Source: a virus
Virus record (IMG/VR): IMGVR_UViG_3300015263_000627
Length of the DNA: 64,000 nucleotides
Strand: one strand, 5' to 3'
Shown: positions 56,517 to 64,000 of the stretch, piece after piece
How the letters are laid out: every line of letters starts with the position of its first letter
Numbering within the stretch: the stretch's first letter is position 1
The notes under the pieces: generated by a model
What the model saw: the letters and a program-made list of their open reading frames with translations, nothing else
What the model was told of the DNA's origin: nothing
Databases searched by the model: none
Made by a program: the position numbers and the translations under genes

Positions 56517-57453
56517 ATTTGAGTCTTTTGCCCGAGCAACCATTATAGCCCGTAATAAAATTCGAAGCCGAAGTGGATTGCCCCTGTTGAATTTTGAAAG
56601 TGATTTGGATGAAGAAATAGCAAGTTTAAGACAGGAAGATTATCATAATTTTTATAATGATCATCGAAAACAAGCGGAAGCTGTTATTTTATATCGTTAT
56701 TTTCCTACAGAAAATGTATCAGATAGTTTTATGAAATCGGTTAAATTTGGAGCGGAAGTTTCGCAAATAGTCAAGCAATGGTGGGAGGAAAAAAATGGAG
56801 AGAAATTATAATTTTCCAGTCCCTTATCATTTTTCAGCATTTGAGGTTAGTTTTGCTCCGGGAAGATTGCAATCAATGGGTATATGGGATTTATTGCCCC
56901 GTTACATGCGAACAGAAATAATGGAAGCTTATAATAGAAGGGCTGGTTATACCCTAACTCGTGAAGATTTAGACAACATAAACGATGAAGCATGGGAGAA
57001 AATTTCCCTATTATTTTCTTGACATATCCTGTTGAACGTGATATGATAATATACTAATCATGGAGAATTTATAACGAACTATGTTGTTGGTTTTTAGCAG
57101 CGAAATTGGGGAAAAAATATTACATTCAGAACAAGCCAAAGGTGTAATCAATCCATCCGTTGAATTATTGAAAAACTGGATGGTCTTAGAGAACAAAAAA
57201 CTTCTCAAAGAATTGAAAAAAGATGACTAACAATCAGATTGTTGTTAGTGATCTATTTCAAGGTCCTTACGAACATAATAAACGATTAGCCGAGCAAGAA
57301 ATTCTAATTAGTCGTCTGGATTCTCATAAAGACGATCCGGTTATCGAAAATATTATTGCGACCTTGCAAGATTTGACTGAAAATAAAATAGCTTCGGTTG
57401 TTCATTTTGAATCGGTTGTTGATCGATTGAAAAATCATGTGGAAATTATATGA
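56509..57453 (+). CDS. Small hypothetical ORFs (56509-56811, 56795-57022, 57223-57453)
   Basis: Coupled ORFs; promoter TTGACA-17-TATGAT at 57019. Confidence 0.45.
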
Positions 57454-58013
57454 GCCAACGCAATAGTGGTTATAAGCGTAAAAAGAATGATGAATATTTT
57501 ACCCCGGAATGGGTAACAAAGGCGCTTATTCCTTATATTCCTTCTCATGTTAAACATATATGGGAACCTGCTGCGGGAAATGGAAAAATTGTAAACGAAT
57601 TAAGAAAAAATCTTTATGATGTTACTCCAACTGATATTACAAATGGAAAAGAATGGGATTTTTTAAAAGCAAAAATTGAATATCCTTTTTGGCATGTACC
57701 ACCTGATGCTATTATAACGAATCCGCCTTTTAATCAAGCACAAGAATTTATTGAACACGCATTAAACTTGATAAGAGTATATAACGGAATGGTCGCAATG
57801 TTATTGCGAACTGATTATGATAGTGCAAAAACTCGTCGGCATTTATTTGGAGATAACAAAGTATTTACAAGGAAAATAATCCTAACGCGACGAATCATAT
57901 GGTTTCCAAAAAAGGGTGCTGCACCATCCTACAACCATGCGTGGTATATATGGGATTATAATCATATGCCTCAAGGTGCTGCCCCTGTTATGTCTTATTA
58001 TTATGATCCCTAA
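57450..58013 (+). CDS. DNA amino-methyltransferase (N6-adenine type)
   Basis: DEYFTP, WEPAAG.G, IITNPPF. Confidence 0.85.
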   Translation: MSQRNSGYKRKKNDEYFTPEWVTKALIPYIPSHVKHIWEPAAGNGKIVNELRKNLYDVTPTDITNGKEWDFLKAKIEYPFWHVPPDAIITNPPFNQAQEFIEHALNLIRVYNGMVAMLLRTDYDSAKTRRHLFGDNKVFTRKIILTRRIIWFPKKGAAPSYNHAWYIWDYNHMPQGAAPVMSYYYDP

Positions 58014-58070
58014 CCCATTGATTTTCCATGTTTCTTAGTTCTTGACATAGCCCTTGGGGTGTGTTATTCT
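58011..58070 (+). repeat. 36-bp repeat fused to early promoter (copy 4)
   Basis: TAACCCATTGATTTTCCATGTTTCTTAGTTCTTGAC; TTGACA-17-TATTCT. Confidence 0.85.
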
Positions 58071-58076
58071 CTTATC

Positions 58077-58955
58077 ATGAGAAAAAGAACCGACATTCAT
58101 CGCCCAAGTGCGATCCGTCCGCTTGAATATGAATATATCGCCATGGACTATATTGGTCCATCTGCTAACAATGATTGGCGATTCCTAGCGTCGGAAAGAC
58201 AGGTTTTCCGCGCCCATCAAGCCGATACCAAAGGAAAATTTTCCCACCACGATCATGGCGGATCATGCCATATCTGTGGTGCGAATGCGTTTTATATTGC
58301 CAAGTTTTACCACAAGAAAACCAATTCCTATATCGTTACCGGCACCGATTGTGCCGAAAAGATGTCAATGGGTGACCCCACCGCTTTCAAGGCTTTCCGT
58401 AAGCGGGTGCTGGAACATGCCCGCGCCGAAAAAGGCAAAAAGAAAGCTATCGAATATCTTTGCGAGCGTGGCTTGTCGAAAGCTTGGGACATTTATATGA
58501 GTCCCGAATATAAAACTGGCTCTGTCCCGCGTGATGTAAATATCCTTAGCGATATTCTTGCCCGCCTTGTAAAATGGGGCAATTTGTCGGAAGGTCAGGT
58601 CAATTTTCTGAAAACGTTGGTCAATCGCATTGAGAATCGCGACAAGATCGAAGCCGAACGTGCTGCCAAATATGCTACCGCGAAAGAGGTTCCGGTTAGC
58701 GACAAGCGCATAAAGGTTACCGGTGTCGTGCTGGCTGTGAAGCCCCCAAGCGAATGGGATCGTTTCGGCATGTGGAAAATGCTGGTCGAGTCCACCGATG
58801 GCTGGAAAGTATGGGGTTCGCGCCCGCTTGCGTTGAGCGATGTTGAACGGGGTTCCTTGGTCAGTTTTGAGGCGAAGGTGACTCGCAGCGATAAAGACCC
58901 TAAATTCGGTTTCTTCAACCGTCCGTCTAAACCGGAAATAATTCAATCTGTATAA
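58077..58955 (+). CDS. Early hypothetical protein (Zn-finger + OB-like C-terminus)
   Basis: CHICG...TGTDC; leaderless start; GC-richer than flanks. Confidence 0.6.
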   Translation: MRKRTDIHRPSAIRPLEYEYIAMDYIGPSANNDWRFLASERQVFRAHQADTKGKFSHHDHGGSCHICGANAFYIAKFYHKKTNSYIVTGTDCAEKMSMGDPTAFKAFRKRVLEHARAEKGKKKAIEYLCERGLSKAWDIYMSPEYKTGSVPRDVNILSDILARLVKWGNLSEGQVNFLKTLVNRIENRDKIEAERAAKYATAKEVPVSDKRIKVTGVVLAVKPPSEWDRFGMWKMLVESTDGWKVWGSRPLALSDVERGSLVSFEAKVTRSDKDPKFGFFNRPSKPEIIQSV

Positions 58956-58971
58956 ACAAAAGGAAAATATC

Positions 58972-61900
58972 ATGCTTCAATTTTTGGCTTTGCATCCTGA
59001 TGTAACCCCCGATCATGTTGGTCTGATTCCTACATTCCTTGATGTGAATGATCCGGAACCGGCTGCAAAACAGATCGATAAAAATTATCAACATGGCGGT
59101 GGTTGGCATCCTTCGAAGGGTTTTAAATTGACAAAGAAATTTGCGTTGGTTTATCCGGGTGATCCCCCACTTGTGCCTTTGGCAATGTCTCAACTCCGGG
59201 ATGAAACTATTCTTATCTACCCATACGGGTATGTTGCTATTGTGCAACCTAACCACGATTTTGAAGCTTCCCGGGTGGACTAAAAATAGTTCTTGACTCC
59301 AATCTCCAATCATGGTATGATCTTATTATGATGACAAAATTGAGCTATGAGGAAAAGGCTAAGTCCCTATGGGAAGCCTTTGATGAAAATGCCAAATGTG
59401 GCATTCGTTTCGGTTTATTTCCCGCTGATGTAATGAGGGAAGCTGAAAAAACCGGATATACCGATTCTAAAAAGCTATGTGTAGCTTTGATGGATTGTGC
59501 TTCTAACGATGGTGGAATGAGAGCTTAATAATGAAATGCGATTTTTGCCAAGACACCAAAATGCTCATTCTCGATGCATTGCAAGTTGATGCAGCTAGAA
59601 AGCGATGGCAATGGGCGAGGCTTGGTCCGGGAGCCAATGATTGCCCGTATTGCGTACAAATACCACTAAATGAGAAAATGGAAAAGGAATATAGGCAATG
59701 ACTGATGTAGTTTACACATTCGAAGATCGTGCCGTAAAAAATGAGCGCAAGGCGCAAGAATTAATCAAGACGCAAGCCGTTCATCGTGCCAATGCCGAAG
59801 CATGGGAGACCATGGCGGTTTATGGTCCGGAAGAATACCGGGATGCTCGCCTCAAAATGGCGGTATATGAATTGAAAAAAGCGGGGATTATGTAATGGCT
59901 AAGAAAATTTCCCATATGGATTTGTTGATGGCGATTTCGTCATTAACCGATGAAAATCAGCTAAATCAGATAAGCGCAGCGGTCAAGAATCGCAAGGATT
60001 CTTTATCACAGATTAGGCTTACAACAATCAAGGTGGGCGATACTGTTAAATTTGCCAATATTCGCCCGACATATTTGGCAGGATTAACTGCTAAGGTAGT
60101 CGATGTAAAACGGAAAACGGTGGTAGTATCAATGCCGCAAAATCCGCAATATGGGCGGTTTGCAGGATTGCCGCGAGTCCGGGTTCCTATATCTCTTATT
60201 GCGTGAGGAAACATGCCGAATAAAGACAAAGCTGATAAGGTCAATGCTATCATTGCTGATTTAGCAAATGATCTGCGTCCCCTAGTGGATCGGATTGAAA
60301 AAAGACCGCTTCCGACAACCAAAAACAATTATGGCGAATATCTCGCCCTAATTGGCAAGCTTTCACGCGGCGATCATAATATGGGTAAAATAGTTACCGC
60401 CGCTTTGCTTGATGCCGGGGCAAACCATGCCGGGGTTGCTTCCGCTTACAAAATCTCGTTTGGGGGTTGATATGCGAAGCAAATCATATCTATTTACGCT
60501 TGATTTGAATCCTATAGTTCAACCATGGGACGAATATTTTGATAAACTTGGTTGTTATAGCAAATTGAAACGACTTGCCAAGCTTCATAATATTGTTCGT
60601 CGCGTTGTTGAACCTGATAAACCCGAGAACGATATCCGGGTCAGGGTTTATGGGCGACTTGGTAAAAATAGCCCTTATCGGCGTTTATATAGTCGAACAC
60701 GCGGAAATGTTAGGCTCCGAGATGCTTCCAGATTTGACGTGTATATTCAAGGTGGATGGAAATGGTTTCGCGTAAACCAAAAATAACTTATCAGCAATCA
60801 TTGGCGCTTAATAGTCTTGAATGGCAAAGACAGCAATTAATACGATTGGGACATATTGAGGCGGCTAAAATTATTACTGAGGTTTATGAAAAAGTTTTGG
60901 ATGAAATGGTGGAACAAAATGCCAAAAAATGAACAATTAGAACCGGACCTTTACATTAGTAATGAAGGTTCAATTTTTCTTGTCAATCCTATCTCCGATA
61001 AAGGCAGACAATGGTTACAAGAAAATATCGATCCCGAAGCATTAATGTTTCATGATGCTATCGTGGTTGAACATCGCTTTATCGGCGCTATTGTCGATGG
61101 TGCCCAAAATGATGGATTGATGGTCGAATGAAAGAATACCATACTACTGGGGGTCGTCTTGCGGTTCCGTTTGTTCATATAAATGGAACTAGCAAGGCAA
61201 GCTTGCTTGAAGGTTATACAAAGGCTTATGAAAGCCTATTGGATGCTGAAAAAGCTTTGTGTGCAATGGCACCCCATATGCGGGATTATTACCCATATCC
61301 ATTAAAAGATGGTCAATGGGAACTAGCCGATGATCAACATGCGGCTCGCTTGAGAAAAATATCTGAAATTATGTCCGATTTGATCGTGCTTTCGACGGCG
61401 GTTATGGAGCAAGGAAAATGAAAAGTAGAGGTGAATTTGTGAATGAAGCGGTAAATCTGTTAACTAATATAGGGGCTACAGATGTATCACTCAAAAATGT
61501 TACCAAATTAGCCGACACATTACAAGCAAATTATAATGCCGGTGTTATGAATAGTATGCAAACAATAAGATCAAATGAAGAATTTTACAGTCACCAAATG
61601 AGATTGGCAAAATCAAGTCTTTCGAGTGTTTTGCGAATTGTTCTTGATGATATTCACAAACTGATGGTGAAGTCATGAACCTATACGAAAAATGTCTAGT
61701 GTTTTTCTTTTCGGAAGTCCTGAATGGACTATTCGTTTTGTTGGTTTTAACACCGATAATAGCGGCATGGCTGTATTATTGGGGATGGTTATAATGACTG
61801 AAACAGTATCGCTACTTGAATTTTGGGGAATGCTTGCTCGCGCCGATTGGTATTATGAGGCTTCGGACGATCATAGTGTTTGGCAAGCAGGTGTAGAATC

Positions 61901-62290
61901 TTTTCGAAAACTGGAAGAAATAGCTAAACAATCGTCTAAACATACCAAACTTTATCAAAGATTTGGTGACCATTATTTCAGTGGAAAACCTTGGGGAACT
62001 AAACAGGCTCCCTTACCAAGAAAGCCAAAATCATGAAGAAACACGGAAAAATATATGAAGCCATTGCCGAAGATTTGACTAATCTAGGCGGTCCTATGGG
62101 CACTGAGGAAGTTTATGAAAAATGGCGACGATTATTTTATCAACCATCAGCCGCTAAAGAATATTGTGAGCAGGATTATAAAAAATACCATAGAAGCTCA
62201 TTTAAATGGAAAAAAGATGGGCAAGGATGGTCATCAGGTGATTTATTATTCATTATGTATTCGGTGCGTCCGGTGAAAATTTATACTTGA
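58972..62290 (+). CDS. Run of about 12 small early hypothetical ORFs
   Basis: 58972-59283, 59328-59528, 59698-59895, 59895-60206, 60213-60470, 60409-60786, 60856-61131, 61128-61421, 61418-61678, 61692-62036, 62033-62290. Confidence 0.5.
59293..59321 (+). promoter_or_regulatory. Sigma70 promoter with partial repeat (TAGTTCTTGAC)
   Basis: TTGACT-17-TATGAT; ATG 7 nt later. Confidence 0.7.
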
Positions 62291-62315
62291 CACCGCCCCC
62301 TAAATATGTTATGAT
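62287..62315 (+). promoter_or_regulatory. Sigma70 promoter
   Basis: TTGACA-17-TATGAT. Confidence 0.7.
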
Positions 62316-62355
62316 AATAAAATAAGATTTGCACTTTTAAAATGGAGAAAATAAA

Positions 62356-63330
62356 ATGTCGCATGATTTAGAATTTATTGGCGGTAAAGCCGCTATGGTA
62401 TATACCAAGTCCGGGGGTGTTCCTTGGCATGGTTTCGGGTTTCCTATTAAAGATGATATGGCACCCAAGGAAATGCTCAAGGTAGCCAAATTGAATTGGA
62501 CCGTTGAAAAGGTCCCGGCATATGCCACAATCAACGGTAAAAGAATTAATCTTGATACCATGGCACTGGTTCGTTCGTCAGACCACAAAATTCTTGATGA
62601 AGTTTCGGGCGATTGGAATCCCCTGCAAAATGAGGAAGCTTTTGACTTTTTCCGCGAATATTGCGATGCAGGCAATATGAGCATGGAAACTGCCGGTTCC
62701 TTGAAGGGTGGTCGCCTTGTATGGGTTATGGCAAAGATTAAGGGCGACAAATTTGCTCTATTCAAGGGCAAAGACGTAGTTGAGTCTTATGTCCTACTAA
62801 CGAATCCATTCATATACGGTATGAGTATTTCGGCAAGCCTTAGCATGATTCGCGTGGTTTGTGCCAATACCCTAGCCGCTTCGCTAAGTGCTTCTAAGGG
62901 TGATAAGATCGTCAGAGTAACACACCGCAAGGAGTTTATCGCTGATGATGTAAAACAGACCCTTGGCTTGGCGCATGAACGCATGGTGAAATATAAGGAA
63001 GCCGCTAATTTCCTTTCCAACAAAAAGGCAACCCCGGAACAGATTTCGGAATATTTGAAACAAGTGTTCCCGGTAATTACCCAAAAGTCCAAATCCAAAA
63101 AGGAATTGAGCAAGAATGCCAAGTCCGTTTTGGCGGTCATGGATACCCAACCCGGAGTTGAATTTGGGCGTGGAACTTGGTGGCAGGCATTGAATGCGGT
63201 AACCTACCATCTTGACCATAGTGCTGGTCGTAATGCCGATACCCGCTTGACTAGTGCCTACTATGGTCTTGGCAAGAAAACCAAGCTAAAGGCTTTGGAA
63301 CTTGCTGTCCAGATGGCAGACGCTTCCTAA
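62356..63330 (+). CDS. DUF932 (TIGR03299-type) protein
   Basis: PWHG.G, A.L.W.V, LQN.EAF.FF, ETAGSL.GG..VW, RVVCANTL, GT.WQA.NAVT. Confidence 0.85.
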   Translation: MSHDLEFIGGKAAMVYTKSGGVPWHGFGFPIKDDMAPKEMLKVAKLNWTVEKVPAYATINGKRINLDTMALVRSSDHKILDEVSGDWNPLQNEEAFDFFREYCDAGNMSMETAGSLKGGRLVWVMAKIKGDKFALFKGKDVVESYVLLTNPFIYGMSISASLSMIRVVCANTLAASLSASKGDKIVRVTHRKEFIADDVKQTLGLAHERMVKYKEAANFLSNKKATPEQISEYLKQVFPVITQKSKSKKELSKNAKSVLAVMDTQPGVEFGRGTWWQALNAVTYHLDHSAGRNADTRLTSAYYGLGKKTKLKALELAVQMADAS

Positions 63331-63505
63331 TGCTTTTGACTGCTGAAGAATGGCTAAACCGTCCGGAATATCAGGATTATACAATTCTTGACCCGGACGG
63401 TTGGGATAGGGAAAATTTTGACGTTAGTTGGAATGAAAAGATAAGTCGCGAAGAATTTATCAAACGTCTTTATGAATCCACCGTTATGATTAGAAGGAAA
63501 TAAAA

Positions 63506-64000
63506 ATGGGTGACCGAGCGCAAAATGTAAAAGCACTTTTGCCTTTAGAATATATTACCCTCAAGGCACTCAATCCTGCTTGGAAAAATAGTTGGGCTAA
63601 AGATTTGGTTCGAAATCCTATCAAAGTAAAGGGAAAGCAATATGAATTAATTACTGAGCATTTTTTGACGTATAAAGGATATGATGTTCGTCCCCGCATT
63701 CATTCATCACATGATAGAATCATTGATGGGAAAACTGCTGAAATAAAGGGAGCATCAAGTTCAAATGGGATTTTTTCCTTTATGCAGATTAGACCCAAAC
63801 AAGGATATCAAAAATTAATTTTTATGGCTGTTCATCCAGATAAGGTTGAATTTTATGAATTTGACCATAAAAAGGTCAAAAGATTTATCACCAATGGAAC
63901 TTTCAAACCACAACATGGTGGTAAAGAAAATAATGGAAAATTGAAAGATACATATATGTTTATCGGAACATTAGATCGATTTTCACAACAAAAAATGTTT
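63506..64000 (+). CDS. PD-(D/E)xK restriction-endonuclease-like protein (runs off the window)
   Basis: KG..YE...HDRIIDGKTAEIKGA...FMQIRP...QHGG; open to window end. Confidence 0.6.
   Translation, partial: MGDRAQNVKALLPLEYITLKALNPAWKNSWAKDLVRNPIKVKGKQYELITEHFLTYKGYDVRPRIHSSHDRIIDGKTAEIKGASSSNGIFSFMQIRPKQGYQKLIFMAVHPDKVEFYEFDHKKVKRFITNGTFKPQHGGKENNGKLKDTYMFIGTLDRFSQQKMF

Noticed and set aside
216-63699. Numerous 60-200 aa ORFs on the - strand or in alternative frames in the ORF track
   Set aside because: They shadow well-supported + strand genes, lack RBSs and show no family motifs; only the GIY-YIG, GH25, HNH and 44-aa - strand ORFs were kept
1-64000. CRISPR array or alternative genetic code
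   Set aside because: No regularly spaced repeats; conserved enzymes are intact in the standard code and no suppressor tRNA was found

Overview
This is a 64 kb AT-rich segment of a large T4-like myophage genome, with almost all genes on the + strand. The host is probably an alphaproteobacterium, inferred from a tRNA-His with A73 and no G-1 and a Usg-like protein. In order it carries: late virion genes, including two large K/R-rich proteins cut into modules by prohead-protease-type EET-x-(L/I)-x-E motifs; gp61 primase; tandem FkbM methyltransferases; NADAR; a PTH2-like protein; ThyX; class II RNR; a NAD salvage pair (NadM-Nudix + NAMPT); a nucleotide-sanitising cluster; and lysis enzymes. Early-gene cassettes follow a repeated 36-bp element fused to sigma70 promoters and look leaderless. 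An ~11 kb RNA island (33.85-44.7 kb) holds about 43 tRNA or tRNA-like genes covering all 20 amino acids, a compact RNase P RNA, an ~860-nt GOLLD-like RNA with an embedded tRNA-like insert, three Arg tRNA-like genes whose arm order is rearranged, a tRNA-like RNA with a branched anticodon arm, and many unassigned structured RNAs. After it come Met aminopeptidase, a late heptose-biosynthesis/glycosyltransferase cluster, a DNA methyltransferase, a DUF932 protein and a truncated PD-(D/E)xK nuclease. All calls are by-eye motif recognition and manual folding; no searches were run.
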